Assembly: GCA_000320545.1 (NCBI GenBank)
Contig: ADNK01000036.1
Location: forward strand, 86,678-150,677
DNA from: Bigelowiella natans CCMP2755
Taxonomy: Eukaryota > Protista > Cercozoa
Length of the DNA stretch: 64,000 nucleotides
Direction: 5' to 3'
Part shown: positions 40,560-52,965 of the stretch, piece by piece
How positions within the stretch are numbered: position 1 is the first letter of the stretch
Layout of the letters: every line of letters starts with the position of its first letter
Notes under the pieces: model-generated
The model's input: the letters and a program-made list of their open reading frames with translations, nothing else
The model's database searches: none
What the model was told of the DNA's origin: nothing
Position numbers and translations under genes: made by a program

Positions 40560-41520
40560 TGTGCCACCACATGCTAGCATGACATAAAAAATGAATGGCA
40601 TTCGTAGTGTTTCTGCCGTGCATCGCGCAGGTCTAGTACTAGCTAGCTAGAGTAGGCTAGTAGGTGTGCCCATCATTTGTCATTTTCTATGATGTGAGCA
40701 TCGTTGTGGAAGAATGAACCGTTCTAGTCTAGTAGTGTCATTGAACATGCATCAATTGATCAACGATCATCATGCCTCAAATTCGCATGCGCACGTGTCT
40801 AGCTAGCTGCTTGCTAGGCTAGTAGGTGCAGGCGTGTGTGCAACATTCCAGCATTGCCAGAGGCTGTGAATCACATAGTGTCCGTACTAGCGCGTAACGC
40901 ACACATCTATAGACATGCTAGCATGAGCATGCACTCCACTACTAGTCCATGCTGCATGCTAGCATGCTAGCATGGCACTGCTGCGCTGCATGCACATCGC
41001 AGGATGACCATTGAAACGATTTGATCACTTCAATCATGTTGCACAAATCATCATCACATCCTCTCACATGCTAGCATGCGCTACACATGTGTGCCATGCT
41101 AGCATGTCAGCTACGGTACAGATGTGCATATGTAGCTAGATGGGTAGCCATGCTAGCATGCTAGCTAGCAAGCTAGCTATAGCTATAGCTAGCATTGAAC
41201 AAATTTGATTTGTTTGATCATTGTTGCATCCGTCTGCTACGATGTACATGTGCACTACTGCTGTTCATGCACTAGCTAGCTAGCCGCAAGCACGCTAGCA
41301 CGCAACGCTTGTAGCACGCAACACAATCTAGCCATCATGCTATAGCATATGGAGCTTGCTAGCTTGCGAGGCCTAGCCTAGCCTACTAGCCTAGCCTACT
41401 AGCCTAGCAGCTAGCTAGCTAGGCAGTGCGTTTCACACATGCTAGCATGCACTGCTAGACTGCTGACAGCTGTGCGAGCTGTCACTAGGCGACAGCAGGC
41501 TCACGGCCAACAGCTACTGG
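40560..41520. repeat. CTAG/GCTAGC/CATG-rich low-complexity tract between convergent 3' ends
   Basis: Repeated CATGCTAGCATG, CTAGCTAGCTAG and CCTAGCCTAGCCTACTAG; TA is rare outside CTA/TAG. Confidence 0.85.
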
Positions 41521-41893
41521 GATCGAAGGTCAATGAAAGCATCAGGCTATGTTACGCACTGCAGTCGTCAGCACGGGTTGCGGCAAAACATGACGTCTGA
41601 ATTTCTCTATTTTCTCTTGCACAAAGTTGTATTCACATCTCATGACATCCAGTCCATCATGCAGGAAATCAATTAGAAATCTTCATTCTTCGTTTTACTA
41701 ATCGTTACACAGAAGACTCAGAATTATCTCTACAAGGTTCAAATGATTAATTTCCAAAAGGATTTAAAGTTATCCATTCTTTGGATCATCATTTTTCAGG
41801 AGATCCAAGTTGATCATCATTTAATTTAGTGGATTATTATTTGGTTGAAAGACCCACACACATCTTTCTACTTAGATTTTATCAACCTATCTA

Positions 41894-43006
41894 TCATACA
41901 GAAGTTGCTGGATGAAATGTATAATACTGTGATCCCTTTGATCTTTCAAAACCAACAAAGTTGAAGTATACAGCTAGAGGTACCACCACCACATGAACAA
42001 GAAAACGAAGAATCGAAACAATAGCGGATGCATCGAAACAACTTAGAACTTCCATTCCCCATCCAGAATTCTGTGCCCCAGGAAATTTGTCGCATGAGAA
42101 CACCTCCGGAACATCGGGTACAGAAAGTAACGTACGATGATGTGGCATAGGCATTCCTTCACTAGAATCGGCATTGTTCGATACTGCAACACCCAATACG
42201 ATGGCGAAGGTGCAGACGAGCATTTGGAGAGCAGCGAGAGCTTTAGCTGAGGCATTCTTTCCGAGCAATTTCTTGAAGTACTCCAGTTGCTTCATCAAAG
42301 TTGAATTCTTGTTTTGCAGCCTTGAAACCTCCGAATCCTTCTGATCCAATGCTTCGTTCAGATTCTCGACCTTTTTCTCGAGCTCGTTAACGTATGTCTT
42401 ACGCCTCTGACGATAGCGTGCAGCAGCCCGCTTATTGTTCTCTTGGCGTAGGCGCCTGGACTGTACAGTAGATTTACGTTTCCGATTGACACGTTTACGT
42501 TTTCGAGCAGATTGCATGGTATCTGTGGAATCTGAGATCTGAGACTTGGATTCTGAACCCGACCTGGCAGAGTCATCCTTGATACCATCCTTCTCCTCTT
42601 CTTCCTCCTCTTCCACTTCCACCTTCACTTTTATTCCTTCGCTTTTAACTCCTGTTCCTTCATTTTTAACTCCTGATTCAGTATTGGTATCGGTTGATCT
42701 GCTACTCAGATTGAAGGGTGGAATTCCTTGATTCCGGTAGTGAAGTGGAGAGTATTCGCAACCCAGAGAATCTGGACTGTTCGAGATCGAAGGAACTTTG
42801 AACTCAAAGTTCGTTAGGTCCCAGCTCTCTTCACTAGCAGGAGGTTCTGAGGATATGTTCGATGTTTCTTCTCCGGAAGAAGGAACCTGCGGCATTACGT
42901 CAGAAAATGGAGCGTAGATCGCTTCCGTGGGAGAAAGAGTCTGTTCACGGGCAAGGTCCGGAAGATCGAGAGAGTCCATCAAGGGATCAATAGAAGTAGC
43001 TGCCAT
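41894..43006 (-). CDS. Membrane-bound bZIP transcription factor (ATF6/CREB3/bZIP28-like)
   Basis: Basic region RRLRQENNKRAAARYRQRRKTYV with a leucine zipper, then TM ALAALQMLVCTFAIVLGVAV and luminal RTLL (site-1 protease-like motif, 42125-42136). Confidence 0.88.
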   Translation of the reverse strand: MAATSIDPLMDSLDLPDLAREQTLSPTEAIYAPFSDVMPQVPSSGEETSNISSEPPASEESWDLTNFEFKVPSISNSPDSLGCEYSPLHYRNQGIPPFNLSSRSTDTNTESGVKNEGTGVKSEGIKVKVEVEEEEEEEKDGIKDDSARSGSESKSQISDSTDTMQSARKRKRVNRKRKSTVQSRRLRQENNKRAAARYRQRRKTYVNELEKKVENLNEALDQKDSEVSRLQNKNSTLMKQLEYFKKLLGKNASAKALAALQMLVCTFAIVLGVAVSNNADSSEGMPMPHHRTLLSVPDVPEVFSCDKFPGAQNSGWGMEVLSCFDASAIVSILRFLVHVVVVPLAVYFNFVGFERSKGSQYYTFHPATSV

Positions 43007-43718
43007 TCTGTGGTAACCATAATGCAGTCAGAATCTGTGGAAGTTCTCCTCCCCAACTCTTCAAAAATGCACCGAAAATAGATTAGTACAAACCTTCAGA
43101 AGGGGTCGGAAAGGCGATGATGACAGAATGACGAATAATGAGCAAATGTGTTTCCAGGCTTAAGACTTCATGAGAGTAAAGGAAAATCATTGAAATCATG
43201 ACTATTTCCCAAAGAAATTCATAATGTTCTTGTCGCATTTAATAAAAAGACTTCAAAGCGTCCTTCGTAGGTGTACTACCTAGGATGAAAGACAAGGATC
43301 TTAGGTTTCAGCATTCGGATGTCACGCACAATACTGTGCTAATGAATAATTAATCTTAATATAGACACATAGACCCATTTTTATTACAAAATGATAAACC
43401 ATTTTTTATTCAGCTATATTTAGAAAAGGCATGTTAGGATGGACTCCAAATTTTATGGGTGATGACGTGATGAAAGTGAAATACCGAGAAGAATCGAGCA
43501 CCGGGAAGACCAAACAAGCACAAAACACGTTGCGTTTCTCAATTTTCAAACTGGAGGAACTTTCAAGGAAAGTTCGAACAAAAGACAAGAACCTGCAATT
43601 TTTGTCGTAACTATGAAACAACATGAAGTTATGTATTTTGCTATGAATACCTGTTATTGGACGAATACCTGCGAATGCTTTGCTGTTAATGTTTGAATTC
43701 GCTCAAAATTATGGCTTG

Positions 43719-44450
43719 ATGGGTGGGAGCACAAAGCTTGTACTTGCTTATCTCGTTCTAGCAACGATTGCAGATGAATCCAAAATCAGCACGGGATCAA
43801 CTGCTTATTCAAATTCGGTACAGAACCACAGCTTGGGTGGCCATTTTCATAGAAGATTGACGAAGTCCTTGAACGGCCACCTAATACGATTTGCGCTCAC
43901 ATTTGAGGGAGGTCCTCAGCTAGATTCATCTTCATTATCAAGTTCAGTGAATGGGGCTCTAGCAGAATTTACATCATCCTTGAAGAAATGTCTTTCCAGT
44001 ACAGCATTATTATCCCTTTCGAATATAGATCTTCGGGGTTTTCAAAACATCGGACACCTAGGGGCATTTCTTGTGGAAGTTGATCTGTGGTACCCTTCTG
44101 ACAAAGCTGAAGCTGCGGGAAGACTTCAGGATATATTGAACCGGAAAGTAGATTCAATTTTTGATAACTTCCCAGATTTTTCGGAGGGTAAGAAGTATGG
44201 AAGACCATCCGTCTCAGGCGTACAAGTGCACGCTGTATCACGAGACTTGATCTCTCAGCACGATGATTTTAAACGGTTTCACATACGAGCAGATATATTG
44301 AACGATTTCGGTGCAAAATTTGAGGATAAATTTCTAATACCCAAACTTGCAAATCCATCCTTCAATGAACGCCAGCATTGGGCCCAGATGGAAGGACAGC
44401 AGCAAAATATGCTCCGTAGCTTCAGTAAGGATGCAAACGTAAAAAAGTAA
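43719..44450 (+). CDS. Intronless secreted protein with a possible SEA-like domain
   Basis: ~243-aa ORF; signal peptide MGGSTKLVLAYLVLATIA; HRRL motif; alpha/beta pattern FTSSLKKCL..NIDLRGF..GAFLVEVDL..AAGRLQDIL. Confidence 0.55.
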   Translation: MGGSTKLVLAYLVLATIADESKISTGSTAYSNSVQNHSLGGHFHRRLTKSLNGHLIRFALTFEGGPQLDSSSLSSSVNGALAEFTSSLKKCLSSTALLSLSNIDLRGFQNIGHLGAFLVEVDLWYPSDKAEAAGRLQDILNRKVDSIFDNFPDFSEGKKYGRPSVSGVQVHAVSRDLISQHDDFKRFHIRADILNDFGAKFEDKFLIPKLANPSFNERQHWAQMEGQQQNMLRSFSKDANVKK

Positions 44451-45114
44451 AAAACTCATGAAAATAATTTATTTGTCATGAATTTATTGCCATCTTATCC
44501 CAATTGTAATGCGTGCGTACATTGTGGGACACGGGCTGGATCGAATGACACGCACATATGCTTAGTCAAACGAAGCGGGTCTAGAGACGTTGCGCACGCA
44601 CTGAGCGTTAGAAATCTAATTTACTCAGGCAAAGATCTAGAGATAGCTAGCTAAGCCACACAATTCATTCATCATTGTAGCAAGCACATAGCACCGTAAA
44701 AGCGTGTGCTGACTGTGTACATTATTTGTATATTTGTATATTACATGAGGGACGCTAGCACGCGGCTGTACTTCGTTTAAATCGGAAACAAATTTATGCA
44801 TTTCTGCCGTAGCATTTAGGCAGCTATAGCGCTACGCCGTACGCTGTAATAGGCGTGGTTGTATGACTGATGTCTATTACAGCTGTGCCCAGCGCCGCGC
44901 AGTATTAGCCAGGCTGTTCAATTGCGTTATGCATTAAGTGATGACATTGTAAATTTGGCGGATACCTCTTTAGCAAAGTTGTTTTTCATAAGTTCCACAA
45001 TGCATTTTGGTACAACAAACAATTTTAATTCGTAAATCGTCCCTTTTCAAATAATGAACGAGATTTCTCTTAATTCTATCAGACTTGATATTCAGGTAGC
45101 TCTAACGATGCTTG

Positions 45115-47703
45115 CTACTGCTGCCGCGAATCGAGATCCGTATTAAGATTTTGAAATGACGCACTTGCTTCAATTGAGAGATTCGATGCTGAAACATCTT
45201 TAGATCTGTGTTGACGGTAGGCTTCACTCTCTTTTTTTAATAGAATTTCAATTGCGCGTGCCCAATCTTCTCTGATCCGCTGTGTGGGAGCTTGTAAATC
45301 CAAGGTGCGGTCTTCCCATAGGACAGAGAAACATAGAGCTGGATCTGCTTGCCGCCAACTAACCTTTCTGAGCACCTTCGTTGTTTTCCCTCTTACAACG
45401 CCGTACGCCTCCTTAAGGTCATTCGAACCGGATGTCCAGTCAATTGTAACCTTCTTTCGATCGACAGTAACTACTCTGGTATGTGGTCTCCCAGTTCGCC
45501 CGTGTTTTATAAACTCCGTTGGCTTGTCCAACACACTCAACAAAGATTCTTCGTCTACGGCTATGCTGGAGAATAGTTTCTTTAGCTCGTCTGAGATTGG
45601 AAGACTCATCACATCAACCTTGTTAGCTAGAATAATTTTGAGAGCCTGCAGACCCTCCACCCAGTTCTTTCTCATCTTTTCATTTTCACACTGTAGATCG
45701 AGAGTATACCGGGGCAAGATAAGAGAGAAACAGCGTTTCGGATCCGCTTGCTTGTCATTCAGTTTCGCAAGGACTTTTGTTGTCTTTCCTTTTGCTATTG
45801 AAATCACGTGCTTCAGATTGAGAGAGCCATTTCCCCAACTAATAACCCCCGATATGGGATCTACAGTTACAAATTTTTTATGACGCTTAGACGACCGGGT
45901 ATACTTATGCATTTTTGTCTTCTCTGTGCATATTGCCAAGAAGTTTGCGGCCGCTTTCTTCACTTCGGGTGTGAGGAGGGCTATATTCTCAGCTAATATA
46001 TTTCTTTGAGATGTGTGGAGAGATGTTTGAAGATTCTTGATACCAGATACCCACATATCACGCTCCACCTGGGAAGTCGCAGACAGGTCCAAAGTCCGCT
46101 TCCGGTGAATCAAAGAGAAACAAAGCTCATCCTTAACTTTGTCTCCTATTTGCTCGAACACCTGTGTGGTTCTACCGGGGACAACTTGAACTTCTTGAAC
46201 ATACAAGCGAGCCGCACCGCATTTAATCTTCCCGGTCGTCGGATTCACCATTATTAATTTCGTTGAAGGAACACCCTTCAAACTCCACTTCGTCAGGTTT
46301 CTTCCCTGCTGGCAGATAGCTAGGAACTGTGAGTGGCTATCAACATTTTTGTGGTCTATTTGTGTATTATCTAAAAGCTTTAATTGCAATCTAGAGAGCC
46401 CTTCGACCCACATTTCTCTCTCATTAAACGATGCAGCTTGAAGATCTAGAGTCCTAAGGGGGGTGACGATAGAGAAGCAGACACGAGGATCGGCACGGTT
46501 TACCGATACACCGTCGAAGACTTTGGTATGTTTTCCTCGTTTAATTTCTGTGACATCTTGTAAATAAAGGTGCTGGTCATCCCACCAGAGTTTTCCAGAC
46601 TTCGTATCTACGCGCACAGTTTTCAGGTGTGGTTTTCCCGCCCTGCCGTGCTTGATAAAATTTTGGCCTAATGATGCTATAACAAAAAAATCCTTTTTTG
46701 CCTTTTCCTGTCGCGCTTGCTCCTGCTTCGTCAGGATTTCTTCCATTTTGATATCATCAGCGCTCTCCTCCGATATTGTAAACAATCGGTTGTCAAGTTG
46801 CCATGATTCGTAAATATTCTTAATCGCTAAATATTCCTGGTGGCATATACTCCCAGGCTCGAAAGCATTCTCCAGTTGCTCCATTCTGTTTTGCATCTCC
46901 TCGTTGAGAGCCTGGGCAGCTGCGTGAGCAGTGTGGAAGCTACTTCCGTCGAATGCCTGTCTTTTCCGATTATTTCGTCGGTACTCGTCGACTACCCTCT
47001 CGTCGAATTCGTCGTCGTCTTCAACCTAGAAACAAGAAAACCAGAAGATACAATGCTATTTACTCTATCGATCAAACACCACAGTATGAAATAAGGATTT
47101 CTCTTAATAGAACAGTTTTTGGCCAACATAAACTTTCTGGAAAGATTACACATTAAAATGTAAACAATTTGACAAACCTCCGCAGCGGAGCTATGGCTGC
47201 TGTGCTGGTATTGACTCTTTCCCTCAACCTCCTATGAGAATTTGTTACATTTGTGACTTCAGAATGAAAAACTTGTTAAAAGAGATGAAATAAATATTTG
47301 ACTAGGAAATGAATAATTATTATTAGAGATTCATGATCACCGCGGGTAATAAAATAGTAAACGCGAGGAGAGGGAGGAAGGAGAGAGTTGGGAATTATGA
47401 CTTACGTGCATTCAAAGCCTTGAAGTTATTAGTTGGCCTGGATAATTCCGGTCACTCTAATAGCCTTCGTTGAGGTGAGATCAAGGATAACATTGACCGG
47501 GTGGGAGGCTGGGTGAGAGTTTGTTGCAAGCTAGTTTCTTGTTTTTCGGGACCTTCGAAGGAGAGACTCAACTCGAATATTTGTTGCGACTTGAATATTC
47601 TCATGTCTTATATAATAAATTCACATTTCAATCTCCCAGAATGCTGACCCAAAGTACCACAATTATTGCTTGAAAGCCATGCCGGTGAATCTGTGCAGGA
47701 CAT
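45115..47703 (-). CDS. Protein with four tandem PLC-delta/Num1-type PH domains; 5' exons uncertain
   Basis: Four repeats of K..R.GKPH...W...G.TT.VF...DP..CFS....RTLDL.A....R..W..GL in the 593-aa ORF. An in-frame upstream exon (EVEGKSQYQHSSHSSAAE|VEDDDEFDE) was found. Confidence 0.88.
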
Positions 47704-48004
47704 CCTTCTCGGCCTAATTCACACGTTCCAGAGACCGACAAGCAAGATCCATTGTCTTAGGATGAGGATAGAGTATATATACAGCTACTACCACCCCTTT
47801 TTTTTTCTCTGACAGCTCAATCAGAATTCCCCTAATTTTACGTAATATCTATGAGGAAAGGATGAACATTTAGCAAATTATCTCCGAATGTCTGTAAAAC
47901 CGGTATTTCCGCCGGGGGTAGCTGACTCATTTATTTTCGATTTTCGATCAGAAAAAAAACTTACGGAGTCCAGGAAGCCCTGGATTCCGAAGGTCGGCGC
48001 GGGG

Positions 48005-50930
48005 ATGGGATGCTTCCCGACTGAACTGCCGCTGCTGCCTCTGACCGTTCTTCTCCTTGCGCTTCATTCAACTTCAACCTCGGATGGGAATCCCTATGTC
48101 GATGAGGCTGGTTCGGATTTTGAGGGTTATGACTACACAATAATCCATGAGGAAATTCTTAAGGACAGGTTATGTACACATAGCAGTCGGCGAATCGGCA
48201 TGTGTAGATGATCTCAATCTTGTTTCCTAACAACTGACAATTAAGGAATCGAACCAATGCTTATCGGGACGCAATCCTCCGAAACTCGGAGTTCTTCCAA
48301 AATAAGGTTGAAACAGCCAGTACAAAATATTAGGAGAAAACCTAACATCAATTCCACAAACACTTTAACTCTTTGCTATTATCGGTAGATTGTGGCTGAC
48401 TTGGGCTGTGGGCTTGGCTTGATGAGCCTACTTAGCGCCAAGGCCGGTGCGAAAAAGGTGTAATCACCCACCTAAGAAAAAATCCTTGTCGAATGCTTCA
48501 TCCTCTATCAATCGAATCTCAGGTGTATTGCATAGAGTCGGCCGCCATCGCAGACGTCACACGTAATTAATAATGGATAGTAAAGGATACCGTGTCCTGC
48601 GTGCTAACTAATTTCTACAACGCAGGTAAGATTGTCGCTGCGAACGGATTAAGTGGTGTCATCCACGTCATCAAGGAACGGATGGAATCGGTACTAGGAG
48701 AGTATGATGATATGTGAATATGTGGCTGTGTGAAAGAATTATAGAAATCTGAATAACTGCGGTCTCGTATTGATGGGTTATAATCTTATCACAGGTTGAA
48801 ATCCCTGAAGGCTACGTGGATATTATTGTATCAGAATGGATGGGCTTTTTCCTTCTCTTCGAGGTATACATACTTCTCTCACGATGACGCTACCATCTTC
48901 CCATGTGCTCAGCTTTGCGTAAACAGTTTTTTCCTATGATCTTTCACGCACGATCTTCGGCTATGGACAACGTCATCAACCCTTACCTTAACGCACTCAT
49001 CGCAACATCCGCCGTCATCGCCCCATACGATCATCGTTCGTTTCACATTTGGGTGTTTAAAGGATATGCTCCCAGACGTGATCACGTTCCGTGATAAATA
49101 CCTTACCAAACACAACGGACTTATAATGCCGTCAGAGGTTGGTAGCAACTACGTGACCTGTAGAAATTGTGGAAGATGGTGTGAGGAGATATTGTGCTGA
49201 AGAGTAGATTTGTTGGCACCATCGTAAACGAAACAGCGAGATAACGTAACCCCACAAAATACATAGGCGCGGCTCTGGGGTGCCCTTTACCATGACGATC
49301 ATTGGTATCAATCGCGGATCCAGTAATCAAACACCTTTTAACTGACACACCCACCAAAAATACGACAAGAAGAAGACACGTGAGGGACGGACGGTTTTCT
49401 TTTAAAACAGGTACTGGCAGGATGTTTACGGGTTTGATTACACACCGATTCTCGAGAAGGTGGGCGTTTACGAAATTACAAATGGATGATATGTTAGCCA
49501 ATGCGTCATCTGCGCGAGCTGTGGTAATGACCGAGTGCGCGTAATGACCGAGTACGTGCCCTTATAACAAGGTGAAATCTGAGCAATTCGAAAACCCTGA
49601 AAGGATGCATCTGCGGTCCAACGGCCTGATCTCCACACCATCGGTCGGTAAGCTGGAGAGTATGGGGGATGTGTGCGCCACCATTGCAAAATTCGCTGGG
49701 TCTTCATATTATGCTTGTCGCTGCATGCATGATCGCCTCCTGGACAATGTATCACCATCAAGGTTTTAATCGTTGTTAATTTAGGAAGACTTCTGAAACA
49801 TGCACATTATCTATTTGTCTGTCCCCCCGCCTCATCCTTCCCATCCTCCCCCCGCCCCCCCTATCCCCGTACCAATCGTAGTTGCTATTCAATCTGGATC
49901 TCTACACAACATCGATCGAGGATCTGGTGAGGAGATAGTTTGGATAGATACTAGATGTGTGTGTGTGTGTGTGTTAGTTTGTGACTAAAAACGAAAAACT
50001 TGCCCTCGTTTTCACGGTTTACCTTGATTTGTTGATGACATGATCAGCTCTCATTGCTGTGCCATCATTATCATTACCACCATCATCATAGTCATAACCA
50101 TCAACCAATCAAACACTACCTGCCACAGAAGGAGATTAAGGCGCGTTTTCAAGGTTCCGTCACTAGGGATGCGATGGTCTGATAACCCCTTGCGAGCCTT
50201 CTCCGCACAGAATTAACTCTGATATTCATTAGCCGTTTTGCTTTTTGCTTTAAAATGCGCGGAGGGATCTTGCAAACGCACAGGTCCATGGGGTCGCATT
50301 TTGGTTCAACTTCGTGCTTGAAGGCCCTCATGTAGACGTACGTACGTACGTACGGTCGCATCGCTAATCGTTTCTTACGAAGCGGCGGAAGGGGGGGGGG
50401 GGGGGGAGGGAGAGGGAGGGGGTGGAAGAGGACAAGTAGTAGTAGTAGTAATAGCAGCAGCAGAAGTAGTAATTGAAAGACAGGGGGTTAGATGGTACAA
50501 ATAGGCACGGCATCTGCCACTGGTAGCTGCTCTACACAAGTAGCAGTTAGTTCCATTGAAACGAGACAATATATTCCAGCAGATCTGAATATCTAACCGA
50601 TTTCCTTGCGAAAGTAGTAGTTGCTGTTGTGGTGGCCATCATAACGACGTGATGTGTATACTCCCTCTATCTGAACTTCTAACCGATGTTGGTTGTCAGC
50701 ATAAGCTACTACTTGACACCTCGGCAGCGGCAGGATACAACACATGGTCGCAGGTAGCAGAGAAGTAAGAAGTAGTGGTGGTAGTAGTAGTAGTAGTTGT
50801 TGTTGTTGTGGCTGCTGCTGTTGCGGTATTGTCGATGGTATAGCACCACCGTAGTTGTTGTCGTTGTTGATGCATATAGCAATATCCATTCACCAGAACT
50901 CACACTCTCACACGCAAACACAAAAGTATA

Positions 50931-50971
<41 letters not shown>

Positions 50972-51199
50972 AATGTCTGTGACGTTGTGAGTAGAAAATG
51001 TATCTCTTGGATTTTTAATATTCACACTCAAAATGGAAGGTGTTATGGCATGTGATGGGTCCTGAAGTGCAGACAGGCGATGATCTAAGGGTGTGAGCCA
51101 CACCAGAAGAATAATGGCACACGTCCACCTGAATAACTCATAAAATCGAAACGAAAGAGCAAACTTTTTCCATTTTGCATGCGTGCTGTGCGTGCGTTC

Positions 51200-51238
<39 letters not shown>

Positions 51239-51973
51239 AAGGATACAGCTATTTTGGCAATATGTACGATTGTGCCTATTGATGCTTGAAGGGCTTCAAC
51301 TAACTTTCTTCTCCCATCCTTTCAGGGAGCGTTAACGATTAGCAGGCGTTCCTCAGGTTCGCGGATTCATCTCTTCCATTTGCCTTTTCTTGCTCTGCTA
51401 TGATACTCGGTGTCGATAATTTCTAAAAAGCTCCTTCTCTAGGCTCATACGATTTATCGATGAAAATTGAAGAACCCTTCGAGACCTCACTCGAGAGCCT
51501 AGCCCAGAATGCGGGCAACCTTTATCAGGTTTTCCCCCTCCTCGTTTTCTTCTCAAGTTGACCGAAGATGATTCCGAGGGCAAGGGAGATATTAATATGT
51601 ATATATGGACACATTGATCAATTTTTATGCGTTTGTGTGTGTGTGTGTGTGCGTGTGTGTGTGTGTGTGTTTGTATTTCTGTACTTTGGTTTCGGTTTTT
51701 TCGTGCGGTTGAGAGAGGACAGTACCCATTTTTTCAATCATTAATTTTTAGATGTATGCAGAAACGTGTGCAGCAGTTTTACTCCTTGCCAGACACGTAC
51801 ACACAGTACAGATGCGGCACATCCTATGCTCTGATTCACTACATCATACCCATAGGACATGTATGAGAGGTTAGAGATCGAGCACGCAATGTACCGCCAT
51901 GCAGGGCATCTTGGGCGTTTCTATGGTCTGTCTTTCATTTTTCAATTGACACTACGAACACACACACACACAC

Positions 51974-52019
<46 letters not shown>

Positions 52020-52224
52020 TGGCCATCAAAGAAGAGAGAAAGAGAAAGGGAATTAGTGGAAGAGAGAGGGAGGAGGAGGAGAAGGATGATGATAAGAAGT
52101 AGCGGGAAAGGACTCACGATCTATTTTATATTATTTTGCAGAAGACGGCGTTCTTGCTGTCGCAGCAGTTTTTTGCCTGTCATTTGGCATATGGGTCGGA
52201 ACAATTTCATCAAGGTTTTCGTAA
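48005..52224 (+). CDS. Type I-like protein arginine methyltransferase with N-terminal signal peptide and probable C-terminal TM anchor; >15 small exons
   Basis: Spliced: IHEEILKDR|NRTNAYRDAI..|IVADLGCGLGLMSLLSAKAGAKK|VYCIESA..|VEIPEGYVDIIVSEWMGFFLLFE|DMLPDVITFRDKYL..|YWQDVYGFD..|LLFNLDLY..|VHGVAFWF..|LDTSAAAGYNTWSQ. Linkage of the last exon (GVLAVAAVFCLSFGIWVG..*) is inferred. Confidence 0.85.
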
Positions 52225-52965
52225 CAAGCTTCATGAACGTAGTAGAAGTTATTGCATGGCTACGTAGGGATGATGATAATTGAAAAAATTAAACCTGTTC
52301 ATTACATCCATCTCATGCATACAGCAGTCTTATTTTCATGTGGGGCCTCGTCGCTTTCTTTCAAATGCTGCCTGCACTGGTCATGTGTTATGCTTGTCAT
52401 AGTGAGAAATGAATGGCGCCAGATACAATCACGCAGCTGCTACGACATATAGACAGCTGGGTCGCGTCAAGCTATGCATGCTAGGCGCCTGCAATCTTGC
52501 CTGCGTACAAGCAGCAAAGAGTTCACATCTTTCTTCCGTCGCTTGAGTTTGCATAATCCTTCGTGGGTTTCGTCAAACACCGGTGTCGCAGCAATACGAC
52601 ACATAGCTACGACACATAGCTATTATAGGCGCAGATGCTAGAGACGGTTGCTGTGCGGCATTGCCTGTGCGATGCTGTGCTACTGTTATATGTACGTTTG
52701 TCATCGATGCAGTTATAGTGCGCGCAATGTAAGCATATCATTCAGCTGGTATCCTGCTTCTAAGCAGGGCAAAAAAGTGCGCAATGCATCTCACTGAAAA
52801 CGATTTTCTGAACGTCTTTTGCACGCAGCCAGAGAGTATTGACTTAAAATCAAAGCACGCTAGGCAATCAATGCAAGGTCGGGATAGGAAATGAATGGCG
52901 TAGCTCCGTCGATATCTTGAAGTCTTGAATGAGCAACTTTGTAGCATTCATTCTCGTGCAATGGC

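Noticed and set aside
40560-41520. CRISPR-like or satellite array
   Set aside because: No constant repeat-spacer period; irregular short palindromes in a eukaryotic context.
42200-42270. IRE1-type unconventional splice site before the bZIP TM (as in bZIP60/XBP1)
   Set aside because: No paired CNG-CNG stem-loops could be identified; the RTLL motif favours proteolytic activation.
50390-50425. Poly-G/G-quadruplex-like tract
   Set aside because: One of many intronic homopolymer/SSR tracts; nothing indicates a specific function.
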